From NCBI GenBank assembly GCA_048359995.1, contig DBGCPK010000010.1, positions 9,860-73,859 of the forward strand: a DNA stretch of 64,000 nt, read 5' to 3'. The position numbers and the translations under genes were made by a program. Of this stretch, positions 1 through 10,300 are shown in pieces. Source of the DNA: Bacilli bacterium (GTDB lineage: Bacteria > Bacillota_I > Bacilli_A > RFN20 > CAG-449). A model generated the notes under the pieces. The model saw only the letters and a list, made by a program, of their open reading frames with translations, did not search any database and was not told where the DNA came from. Each line of letters opens with the position of its first letter. Position 1 is the first letter of the stretch.

Positions 1-825
1 ATGGCAGACAAAACGACACCAAAAAATAGAGATGAACAGGAAATTGCAGGGTATCGTGACGTGCTTGGTATTATCCATGAAAGTTTTGATGCAGTTCCAA
101 TAACGCCAAATTATATTCTTCAACTACACAAGGTTCTTTATAGTTATATGCGAAATCCAAGTGCCGGAAAGACTAAGAGTGTGCAGAATTATATAAGTGC
201 CACATATCCCGATGGTAGAGTGGAAACAATTTTTACTCCGCTAGATGCATTTGAAACACCAACAGCACTGCAATCAATTTGTGATGAATATAATCGAGTG
301 ATAGGAAATATGGAAGTAGAACCATTGATTGTTATTCCAACATTTATTCATGACTTTCTTTGTATCCATCCATTTAATGATGGAAATGGAAGAATGAGTA
401 GATTACTTACTACTTTACTTTTATACCATAATGGTTTTTATGTGGGTAAGTATATTTCATTAGAAGCCAAGATAGCAAAAAATAAAGACTTGTACTATGA
501 TGCTCTTGGTCAAGCACAATGTGGATGGCATGAAGGAACGGAAGATGTAACGTCTTTTATTAAATATCTACTAGGCACAATTCTTTCTGCATATAAAGAT
601 TTTGAAGAACGTTTTGCACTTGTAGAAACTAAACTTCCTGCTATTGAAATTGTAAGACGTGCATCAATGAATAAAATTGGAAGATTTAAAAAACAAGATA
701 TTATCGAACTTTGTCCTTCACTTAGCATTAGTTCAGTCGAAGGTGCATTGCGTAAATTAGTGGAATATGGAGAGCTAAAACGTGAAGGCAATGGCAAATC
801 CATTTGTTATTTTAAATTAAAATAG
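1..825 (+). CDS. Fic/DOC (Fido) family protein with a winged-helix-like C-terminal tail; N-terminus may be cut by the window edge
   Basis: Canonical Fic motif HPFNDGNGRMSR (HxFx[D/E]GNGRxxR) at aa 123-134 (nt 367-402). The ORF begins at base 1, so the true start is uncertain. No [ST]xxxE[GN] inhibitory motif found in the 274 aa present. Confidence 0.85.
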   Translation: MADKTTPKNRDEQEIAGYRDVLGIIHESFDAVPITPNYILQLHKVLYSYMRNPSAGKTKSVQNYISATYPDGRVETIFTPLDAFETPTALQSICDEYNRVIGNMEVEPLIVIPTFIHDFLCIHPFNDGNGRMSRLLTTLLLYHNGFYVGKYISLEAKIAKNKDLYYDALGQAQCGWHEGTEDVTSFIKYLLGTILSAYKDFEERFALVETKLPAIEIVRRASMNKIGRFKKQDIIELCPSLSISSVEGALRKLVEYGELKREGNGKSICYFKLK

Positions 826-893
826 AATACCCTTAATTTTAAAGTTTCCCCTTAAAACAATTATTAAAATAAGGGAAATCAAGCGTGAATGTG

Positions 894-925
894 AGCATCT
901 ATCGAAAAGGTAGGTGCTTTTATTA
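894..925 (+). terminator. Candidate intrinsic terminator after the Fic gene
   Basis: Arms agcatcta (894-901) and taggtgct (911-918) pair with one G-U, followed by a short T-rich run. Confidence 0.45.
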
Positions 926-1062
926 TGTCAAAATTCAAAGGAGGAAACCACATGGGAATATTTAAAAAGAAAGCAAGAGATAAACCACAAAAAAAACTAT
1001 AGGCGGTTCCTATTCATTTTTTTATGGGTGGTCAAGTACAGGAAAATCAGTAACTGAACGAA

Positions 1063-1952
1063 GTGCTATGCAATGATGCGATTAGGTTTATCAAAAGAAT
1101 GAGAGAACAAAAATCAAGGTATGTATATCCACAATGTAGAAAACTAGATAGAATGCGAAAGTACTATAGTGATAAAAAGATAGTTGAAGGTCTAAAGTAT
1201 TGTCTAAGCATTGAAGTATGTACAGTAATTGAATTAAGTTCTTGGCTAGTAATGGATATGGGAATAGATATTGCTAAACCAAGCATACATACTATTAGAC
1301 ATTATAAAGATAGAGCATTAGAAATAGAAAAGGAGTTAAAAGGAAATGGCAGAAGCTAAAGAAATACAACAATCAGCTAGAATTCTTAATTTACAGAATA
1401 TCGCTAATGGTGAAATTGATTTAAATGATGAAAAACTTTCTAATAAAGATTACATCTATAGTATTCTTTTACAAGAAGTCAATATTAGAAATGCTAATAA
1501 ACTTAAAGATATAAGAAAACAGGCAAGACTTCCTGAAAAGGTATTTGACAAGACTAGAATCACAGAAGGATTAAAATGGCAATTAGATAAACTAAGTTTA
1601 TTTGATTTTGCCTCAGCTAGAAAACAGCTTTATCGTTGGAGATTGTTCTACAGGTAAAACATCACTTGCGGTAACAATAGGAAATGAGGCTGTTGAAAAA
1701 GGTGCTAGAGTTATTTACATAAAGTTCGATGATTTGCTAGAAGAACAAAAATTAAAAAAGAAAATATGGAATTACATATTAAATGCAGATTTAGTTATTG
1801 GAGATGAACTATTTTATATGACACCAACAGAGGAAGAATTAGAACAAGCCTATAAGATTATGATGTTTTTACATGAAACAAGAAGCTTGATACTCATTAC
1901 GAATTCGCATTTAGTTGAAACACTTCAAAAAAGATTAATACACGGAGCATAA
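1063..1952 (+). mobile_element. IS21-family remnant: istA 3' end plus a frameshifted istB-like helper ATPase
   Basis: ORFs 1346..1657 and 1602..1952 together read as an IstB/DnaC-like ATPase (Walker A GDCSTGKTS, then DLVIGDELFYM) split by a frameshift in the 1602-1657 overlap. ORF 1063..1359 overlaps the istB start, as istA 3' ends do. No intact transposase or terminal repeats seen. Confidence 0.6.
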
Positions 1953-2307
1953 CTTGATAATAATTTGATCAGTTGGCTCAAGCATATCTGCTTTCTTCTT
2001 GAACCAAGTGACAAGACTGTTATCCTTTTGAACGAGGAAACACAATCGAAACATGTTCCTACGAATTATTCTCACAAAATGCTGAAAAGGTTGCAATGAG
2101 TGAGAATAAAACCGTATATAGGGGGTAGGGGAGGTCAAATCTCTACACCTATTTTAAGGGGACATCGGGCTGGGGTTTCGTGTGTAAAAATTGGAGTTCA
2201 AACGATTTTTAGATTTATGGGAATGCCCCAAACAAAGGTATCTCAAAACCAAAATCAAAAGTTTTTATTGACGATATTATACCTGATGGAATTTAAAAAA
2301 ATACACA

Positions 2308-2390
2308 AATTGAAAATTTCGGCATTTTGCGACAAAAACAATTTGAAATTTTCGGCAAATTAAATAGTATAAAATTTGAAATTTTCGGCG
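2308..2390 (+). repeat. Three direct repeats (consensus AATTTGAAATTTTCGGC) spaced about 32-33 bp apart
   Basis: Copies at 2308-2325, 2339-2357 and 2372-2390, immediately upstream of a -10 element and the ATPase gene at 2428. Confidence 0.8.
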
Positions 2391-2395
2391 ATGCA

Positions 2396-2404
2396 TGATA
2401 TAAT
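2396..2404 (+). promoter_or_regulatory. Extended -10 promoter element (TGaTATAAT) for the DUF4143 ATPase gene
   Basis: tgatataat at 2396-2404, GGAG at 2417-2420, ATG at 2428. Confidence 0.4.
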
Positions 2405-2427
2405 GGTATCAAAAATGGAGGTTTAAT

Positions 2428-3768
2428 ATGGCTGAAAGAATTTTTGAACGTAAAATATATCAAAAGATGTTAGATTGGAAGAGGGATTTTGATGGAAAAA
2501 CCGCTCTTTTGATTAAAGGTGCGAGACGTGTCGGTAAATCTACAATAGCAGAAGAATTTGCTCAAAAAGAATATTCAAGTTATATTCTTATAGATTTTTC
2601 TATTGCATCTAAGGAAGTACATGATTTATTTAAAGATTTGTCGAATTTAAATTATTTATTCTTACGTCTTCAACTCATTTATCATGTGAATTTAGAAGAA
2701 AGAAAATCAGTTATTATTTTTGATGAAGTTCAAAGAGAACCTCTCGCTAGGCAAGCGATTAAACATTTAGTAAAAGATGGAAGATACGATTATATTGAGA
2801 CTGGCTCACTATTATCTATAAAAAAGAATGTTGAAAAAATTGTTATTCCAAGTGAAGAAACAAGAATTGAAATGGTGCCTATGGATTATGAGGAGTTTCG
2901 TTGGGCGTTAGGGGATAAAACTACAATTCCTATGCTTAGAACTGCTTTTGAAAATAGAGTATCATTAGGTGATGATATTAATCGAAGAATGATGCGTGAT
3001 TTTAGGCTATATATGTTGGTTGGAGGAATGCCTCAGGCAGTAAACGAATATATAGATACAAATAATTTCAGCAAAGTGGATCAGGTAAAACGTTCCATAT
3101 TAGAACTATATCAAGATGATTTTAGAAAAATAGATACAACAGGAAGAGCATCATTGATGTTTTCGGCAATCCCGTCAGAACTTGCCAAAAGTGCATCAAG
3201 ATACCAAGTGTCAAGTGTTATTGCTAATGAAAAACCTGATCGAGTGCTAGGAATTGTTGCGGATATGAAAGATTCCTTGACGGTTACGATTGCTTATCAT
3301 GCAAATGACCCTAGTGCAGGAATGTCATTACACGAAGATATCGGTAGATATAAAATGTTCGTGGGAGATACGGGATTATTCACGACACTTGCGTTTATGG
3401 ATAAGAATTTTACAGAGAATGTTATCTATGAGAAACTTTTGAGTAACAAACTTGATACTGATTTGGGATACCTATATGAAAATATGGTTGCGCAAATGCT
3501 GTATGCAACAGGTAATAAATTGTTTTACTATACATTCCCTAAAGAGAATTCAAGTCATAACTATGAAGTCGATTTCTTAATTGCAAAAAGGAACAAGATA
3601 TGTCCTATTGAAGTAAAGTCTTCAGGATATAAAACTCATGCATCTATTGATGCGTTTATAAATAAGTTTTCAGGTAAAACAGGACAAAGATATTTAGTGT
3701 ATACTAAGGATTTAAGAAAAGACGGCGAATTACTTTGTATACCGATTTATATGACAATGTTTTTATAA
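2428..3768 (+). CDS. AAA-family ATPase with a DUF4143-type, PD-(D/E)xK-like C-terminal domain
   Basis: Walker A GARRVGKST and Walker B IIFDEVQ. C-terminal YEVDFLI...PIEVKSSG resembles a D...ExK nuclease core. Length (446 aa) and layout are typical of AAA_14/DUF4143 proteins. Confidence 0.8.
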   Translation: MAERIFERKIYQKMLDWKRDFDGKTALLIKGARRVGKSTIAEEFAQKEYSSYILIDFSIASKEVHDLFKDLSNLNYLFLRLQLIYHVNLEERKSVIIFDEVQREPLARQAIKHLVKDGRYDYIETGSLLSIKKNVEKIVIPSEETRIEMVPMDYEEFRWALGDKTTIPMLRTAFENRVSLGDDINRRMMRDFRLYMLVGGMPQAVNEYIDTNNFSKVDQVKRSILELYQDDFRKIDTTGRASLMFSAIPSELAKSASRYQVSSVIANEKPDRVLGIVADMKDSLTVTIAYHANDPSAGMSLHEDIGRYKMFVGDTGLFTTLAFMDKNFTENVIYEKLLSNKLDTDLGYLYENMVAQMLYATGNKLFYYTFPKENSSHNYEVDFLIAKRNKICPIEVKSSGYKTHASIDAFINKFSGKTGQRYLVYTKDLRKDGELLCIPIYMTMFL

Positions 3769-4203
3769 AAATACTAAATTAAATATAATGGTCGAAAGCA
3801 TCAGAAGATTTATTAATGCTTATGGAAATTTTGGCTTCATATGTTTCTCTTTTTTAAGAGTAACTTTATTAATTCTTCTTTGCTTAATTCTTGGCCATTT
3901 ACTTCTTTTCTCATATATTTATTATGACAAAAAATGCCCGATTTTTCGAGCGTTTTAACTGTTTTTAATAAAAATCTTTATATCATTAGGATTAAAAGTA
4001 TAAAAAATCCGAACGAAAAAACACAGTAGATTAAAAAACTAATGAGTCACCCTTTCTGGAGTCTATTTTAATCAAACAGTTTCAAAGAGAATGATTTTTA
4101 ACAAAAATAAAAAGAAATCTAAAATAGCTTCTAAATGACTGCTTCTGATCTCTAAATTTTGGTGCAAAGGAATATTCCATACTCTACCAATTCGATAATA
4201 ATT

Positions 4204-4212
4204 GGGGGGGGG
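4204..4212. repeat. G9 homopolymer (C9 on the minus strand)
   Basis: Read directly: attggggggg gg. It stands out in DNA that is otherwise extremely AT-rich. Confidence 0.95.
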
Positions 4213-4404
4213 TTATCGTTATCATAAAGATTTGCAAATCTACTCATTTTTTCGATACTACGCACAGTATGTAGGTTCATTGTTATTGTTATACGGCAAT
4301 ATAGCGTTTCTCCATTATAATCGAATTTTATAAATTCATCTAGGTCGTATTTTTTATATACTCCTTATTAGCCAAAATTAAAATTTTTTTGTTTTTTGTC
4401 ACAG

Positions 4405-5035
4405 CTATTTATCGAGCAACCAATCTGCAATTTCAATAATTCTGACACCATCATATTGATACTCAGAATCTCGTGTTCTTGAAATTATCATCTTAGGATA
4501 AGCATCGTTAATTTTGAGAAGTGGTGATACTTCTCTTTCAAGTGTTTTTTCTTCGGTGATGTTATCCGAAACTTGAATATAGATTTTTTCGTTATGTTTA
4601 ATCGCCACAAAATCTATTTCTTTCTTATATAAAACACCGACATACACATCATACCCTCTACGGAGCAACTCTATTCAAGTATTCTGCCTCTATCAAGGTT
4701 TTTAGTGCCAAGTTTTGTATAGCGAAATGTATGGTCGCTTAAATAATATTTATCATTGGTAGAAAGATATATTTTTTACCCTTAATATCGTATCTACGAA
4801 CTTTATAGAAAGCAAAGGCATTACAAAGATACTGCATATATGAGCCAACTGTTGTGTGATGTATCTTTTCTTGAACTTTACTCAATGTGGCTGTGATATT
4901 TCTTGCAGAAGATAAATTAGAAATATTGTTATAGAAAATATATGGTAGGAAGGTAAGCGGTGGTTTCAGATGATAATGCTGATGTTCCATATGCAGAATA
5001 TACAAAACAAGATTTCGATAAATATTTAATGTCAA
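4405..5035 (-). pseudogene. Decayed, N-terminally deleted DUF4143-type ATPase
   Basis: ORF 4739..5035 (..ISNLSSARNITATLSKVQEKIHHTTVGSYMQYLCNAFAFYKVRRYDIKGKKY) and ORF 4405..4668 ([29 protein letters not shown]) match the middle and C-terminal parts of DUF4143 ATPases. They lie in different frames, and no AAA domain remains upstream. Confidence 0.7.
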
Positions 5036-5141
5036 TGTTTATAAGCCATAAATTAGACTGTTTATGTACTCAATTATGGATGTAATCGGCTTTTTAGCAT
5101 AACAACTGTTAAACTCGAGTATTTTTATTATGTTTATTATA

Positions 5142-5150
5142 TGTTATAAT
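5142..5150 (+). promoter_or_regulatory. Extended -10 element (TGtTATAAT) upstream of the jetA-like gene
   Basis: tgttataat at 5142-5150, ACGGAG at 5165-5170, ATG at 5180. Confidence 0.35.
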
Positions 5151-5179
5151 TGATACACGAAGAAACGGAGCACTGACTT

Positions 5180-6544
5180 ATGGAACTATTTAGCGCGGTT
5201 AATCCTAGACTATTTAGTATTTTAAATTGCCCAAATCAATCTATTTATGCAAGTATTATTATTGAATTGTACACATATATTGATGAATTAACTGATAAAA
5301 ATGAAAATACAAAAGGCAATGTTAAAGAAAAAATAAATCAAATATTATTGCGTAAAGTTTTATACGCTTGGGACGATGATCTTTCATCCGATACTAAATC
5401 ACGTGCCAATATTATTTATAATCGATTAAAAAATGATGGATGGATATTTGAAGAACAACAGGAGAACTTTGAATATCAAGTTAATTTTTATGATGCACCA
5501 AGAAGGATTATCGAAAGCTTAATTGGCATCCAAAATAATGAAAGTATTCCCTATAGTGGAATTGTTACTTCAATTAGAAATAAACTTGATAATTTAGATC
5601 CAAATAAAGATTTATTAGAAATAATGGAATTGATTCATAGTGATATTAAAAGAATGTCAATTGAATTGAAAAGACTTAGATCAAACATCTACACTTATTA
5701 TGAAAGTATCATTAAAGCTCGAGAAAATGACTTTGAAACTTTAAAAGAAGAATTAATCGCAAAATATCAAAAAACTTTTTTCGAAAAGGGATATTATAAC
5801 CTAAAAGTAAATGAAACATATGTTCGTCATAGGAAAAGCATTTTAAGAGATTTGAAAACTATTAAAGATGATGATGCTTACCTATTAAAAATGAAGGAAA
5901 GTAAAATTGATGCTAACGATAAAAGATATAATTCTTTTGAAAAAGCAAACGCTTATGTGATTTCATTAATGGAAGAATCAATCGATTTATTTGATGGCAT
6001 CAAAAATACCATTTTACAAATTGATAAAAAGAATAATGCATATTTAAATGTTTTATTATCAAAAATTAACTTTCAAATAAATCGCTCCGATTCATTAGAA
6101 GGCATCATTAATCGAGTCCTAGAAGAAATTGTAAAAAATGATGATGTTGAAATTACTCCATATTTAACTCAATGCATTCCGTTAACTTGCGAATCTCTTT
6201 CTCAACCAAGAAAAGAAGCATATAGAAGTCAATACCAACAAATTATTGAAACTTTAGAAATACCTAAAAATTTAAAAGAAGAATTTGAAAGGAATATGTT
6301 AATAAATAAAGAGTATTCTTATGAAGAAATATTGCATCAAGCTAATCAATTAGTGGAGAATAAAAAATCAATCAAAGTATCGGAACTTGAGATCAATGAT
6401 TATCGAGATTTAGTGAAAATTATATTGATGCTTACCTACTCAACATCAAGTGATTCAAAATATAGTTTTTTTATTCTAGATGAAAAGATGGTAAGGGTTG
6501 GTGTTAAGTTTAATGATATGGAAATAAGAAGAAAAAAGAAATAA
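5180..6544 (+). CDS. jetA: JetA-like (kleisin/MksF-like) subunit of a Wadjet-type system
   Basis: Assigned by position and size (454 aa, first gene of the 4-gene operon) and helical K/E/N-rich composition. I could verify no diagnostic motif by eye. Confidence 0.55.
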   Translation: MELFSAVNPRLFSILNCPNQSIYASIIIELYTYIDELTDKNENTKGNVKEKINQILLRKVLYAWDDDLSSDTKSRANIIYNRLKNDGWIFEEQQENFEYQVNFYDAPRRIIESLIGIQNNESIPYSGIVTSIRNKLDNLDPNKDLLEIMELIHSDIKRMSIELKRLRSNIYTYYESIIKARENDFETLKEELIAKYQKTFFEKGYYNLKVNETYVRHRKSILRDLKTIKDDDAYLLKMKESKIDANDKRYNSFEKANAYVISLMEESIDLFDGIKNTILQIDKKNNAYLNVLLSKINFQINRSDSLEGIINRVLEEIVKNDDVEITPYLTQCIPLTCESLSQPRKEAYRSQYQQIIETLEIPKNLKEEFERNMLINKEYSYEEILHQANQLVENKKSIKVSELEINDYRDLVKIILMLTYSTSSDSKYSFFILDEKMVRVGVKFNDMEIRRKKK

Positions 6545-6709
6545 TAATTAAATGAAAATTCAGTTACTCGAAAATTTTGAATAACTGATAATAAAACTTA
6601 TAGTGGTCAAACATTTAATTTACAAATTGTTATCGTTGTTTGGTTAAAATGAAATCTAGAAAACATATCAAAAATGTAAAAATTACATGAAGTAAAGGAG
6701 AAAATAAAC

Positions 6710-7345
6710 ATGGATAAAATGGATTATTGTAATAGATTTTATGAAGGATATAAATTATTTAATGAGCGAGAACAAGATAAATTTAAAGTGATTGTTAATT
6801 TACTTTTACAAAAAAATTTTTATGTTTATAGTCTTTATTCGCTAGATGATTATAATTTTATGATTAAGAATTTTGATGTTTTAGAAGCTTATTTTGATTT
6901 AATGGGAGTAGAGTTAATCAACGCTCAAGTCGATCAAGTTATCTATATCAAAAACAATATTGCTAAGAAGTTAAAGTTCTCAAAACTTGGAACTTTAATC
7001 TTTTTAATTTTATATAAAACCTATTTGACGAAAAAGCAAAATATTTCTCTTTCAATGTATGCAACTGTATCAATTTCTTTTTTTGAATTATGTAACGAGC
7101 TTGCGAGCATTAATTATTTTAAAAATGCGAATGTTAAAGAAATTGATATTAAGGATGAGCTCCAAATTTTAAAAAGTTATAATATCGTATCCTTTTCTTC
7201 AACAAAGGAATACCAATATATCGATATAAATATTAATCCTACAATTAAATATGTAATTGATAGTAATGAACTTGTTGAAATAGACCATAAAATTGCTTCA
7301 CTAACTGGAGGAAATAGCGATGAAGAAACACTTATCGAAAATTAA
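6710..7345 (+). CDS. jetB: JetB-like (MksE/KITE-like, DUF4194-type) subunit
   Basis: 211 aa, second position, and its stop overlaps the jetC start by 26 nt. Assigned by size and synteny. Confidence 0.55.
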   Translation: MDKMDYCNRFYEGYKLFNEREQDKFKVIVNLLLQKNFYVYSLYSLDDYNFMIKNFDVLEAYFDLMGVELINAQVDQVIYIKNNIAKKLKFSKLGTLIFLILYKTYLTKKQNISLSMYATVSISFFELCNELASINYFKNANVKEIDIKDELQILKSYNIVSFSSTKEYQYIDININPTIKYVIDSNELVEIDHKIASLTGGNSDEETLIEN

Positions 7346-10300
7346 ATTAATTAACTGGATGTATTTTACAAATACAACCATCGTTTCTAATGGAAATACC
7401 ATTATTACCGGAATGAATGCATCTGGTAAGTCAACAATAGTTGATGCAATTCAACTTGCATTAATTGCAGATAAAAGAAAAGTAAAATTTAACAGTGCCG
7501 CTGACTCTGAAGGTAAAAGAGATGTTAAAAGCTACGTTCGCGGTGAGATTAATACTGAAGAAATATCATGTTTAAGACCTGGGGATGTTGTTTCTCACAT
7601 TGTTTTAGAATTTCTTTCTGATAATGGGCCAGTAATCATGGGCGTGGTAATTGAATTAAATAATGGAATTGATGAAATGCACTTTTATAAAGCAAATAAT
7701 GTTAGGGTTTCTGATCAATTTTATTTAGATGATGAAAATAAACCTAATGATTTTGCTAAGCTAAAAAGTGCTTATGAAAAGTATTATGTTGAATTTGAAT
7801 ATTTAAGCGCGGTTGATTATCGTCGCGCGCTAGCTTCTCAAATGGGAGTTGAAGAAAAATATTATGATAAGTATATATCTTTATTAATTGCCTCAATTGG
7901 TTTTAAATCGGTAAGTAAAGTTGATGACTTTATCAATAACTTCTTATTTTTAGAAGATAATATCGATGTTTCTGAATTAAGAGAAAATAATGCTAAACTA
8001 ATTAGTTTAAAAGCATCCTTAGAAGAAAATAATTTGAAAGCAACAAAATGTCAAGAAATCATAGATTTATGCACAAAGTATAGTGAAATTGATATTAAAA
8101 ATAATAAAAACGAGTTGTTAAAAAAGAAATATCAGCTTGAAAAGAACCGAAGTAATCTTGAAAAGCAAAAAAGAGAAAAAATAAAAGTTAATTCTTTGTA
8201 CAATAAGAATGTTTCTGACATTGAATTATATAAAAAAGAAAAGCAAAACCTTGAAGATCAAAAAGAAGCTGCTCAATGTGATTTGGAAGATTCGGATAAT
8301 AATCGCCAAATTAAAGAAGCAAAAAGGCAACTTCAAGAAACTGAAAATGAACTTAATAAGAGTAAACTCATTTTGTCTTCCGTAGCGTCACAGATAAAAA
8401 ATGTTTACGATACCGGTAAGCAATTAAATGATTTACTTGAAGGAAACAATAATACTTTTGAAAAAATATTAATTAAAATTGCAGATAACTTAAATACTCC
8501 AGAAAAGATTCCGCCTTATTTAAAAGATTTTGGTGAGTGTATTGACTCAATTAAAGAAGAATATATTCAAAAAAAATTTGCCGACTCGCAAAAACTTATT
8601 GAAATAAATAAATCTATCAAAGAAACTAACTTAAATATTAAAAAATTAAGAAGTAATCAAAAAGTATTTAGATCTGACTTTAGTCAACTTATTAAATATC
8701 TAAAAGAACAATTATTTGATAAATTTGGTAAAGACATTGTAGTTAAACCATTATGTGACTATGGACAAATTTTAGATGAAGAATGGCGTAATGCAATCGA
8801 AGGCTATTTAAACACTCAGCGTCTAGCTTTAATTATTGAGCCAGATTATGTTTTAGATGCAGTTAAATTATACAAGTATTATTATACAAATATTGATTCA
8901 AATATTTCCTATGAAATTGTTGATACTACTAAATTGAATATGGATTATCAAATCGATGAACAAACCCTCGCCTCTAAGGTTCGCTTTAGCAATAAATATG
9001 CTTCTGCTTACGCTCAATTTATACTAGGAAAAGTATATTGTGTTGACGATGAAGAACAACTTAATAAATATGAAGTTTCTATTACTAAAGACTGTATTAG
9101 ATATAAAAATTTTACTTATGCAGCAATAAAACAAAACGTCTATAAAAATCCCTTAATTGGAAATGGGGCAATTGAAGTTCAATTAAAAAAAGAAATCGAA
9201 AACTTACAATTACTTGAAAATCAAAGAATTCCAATAGATGAGTCACTTAATAAAGATGTTAAGATTATTGAACTTTGCCATCAAACTGATGCAAAAAGTA
9301 TTGATATTGAAAGATTAAATCAATTTGAAACCGTTAAAACCTATCAACAAAAAATTAAGAATTTGACAAGTAAAATCAATAGACTTGAGCAAGTTCCTTC
9401 ATTTGGTCGGCCATTTGAATTATCTCAAATTATTGATAATTTAAAATCTGAAATTGCTCGTCTTGATGAAAAAATTAATAAAGCAAATTATGATAAGGGG
9501 AGTAACGAAAATATACTGAGCAATATTGATAAATCAATTGAAAATTATCGCGCAGATGATACTAAATTAAAAAATGAATATAATGAACTATTTTCTAAAA
9601 CAAGTAATGTGTCTCCAAATGATGAAATTTGGAGTGAAGAAGAGATTTTAAATTATGAAAATAATCAAGATGTAATCAATCGTAAGATCAATGAAAATAA
9701 AAATAACCTATATAAATTACATAACTCGATTGTAAAAAAGAAAACCGAATATAACCAGAAATACTTTTTCAATGCTGATTGTAGTTCTGATACAGCTGAT
9801 GAATATCGTATTGAATTAAATAAAAAGATTGCTCTTGAAGGGAATGAACTAAGTGCTAGTGTACAAACTCTTCATAAAAAGAATATTACTATTTTCAAAA
9901 AAGAATTTATGTCTAAACTTAAGTGGAAATTTGATGATATGGATGACATAGTTGAAAGTTTAAATTTTAACCTTAGATCTAATCCATTTGATAAAGATCG
10001 ATACTCTATTTCAGTTACTAAAACCGATGACCCTGAATTAAATGCCTTATATGATATTATTAATTCTGATGATACATACGAAACCGGCTTATTTGAAACC
10101 GAAGAATCATCAAAGAATCGATTATTTTTAGATAACTTCTTTGAAAGAATGGCAACCCTTGACTCAAAAGATGAAATCGAAAGATTACAAGATTATCGTA
10201 AATATCGAAAATTTGATGTTATGATTCAATCAAATTATGAAGAAAACGGCGTATTAAAGCATAAAACTAGATATTTATCTCAAGTAAAAAAACAACAATC

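Noticed and set aside
1935-2363. ORFs 1935..2138 (minus) and 2100..2363 (plus)
   Set aside because: They have no RBS and no recognisable domains. The plus-strand ORF is largely made of the three direct repeats, so this is probably non-coding or IS debris.
2308-2390. Possible mini-CRISPR array
   Set aside because: There are only three imperfect 18-19-nt repeats with ~13-14-nt spacers and no cas genes. The geometry fits a promoter-proximal operator or iteron array.
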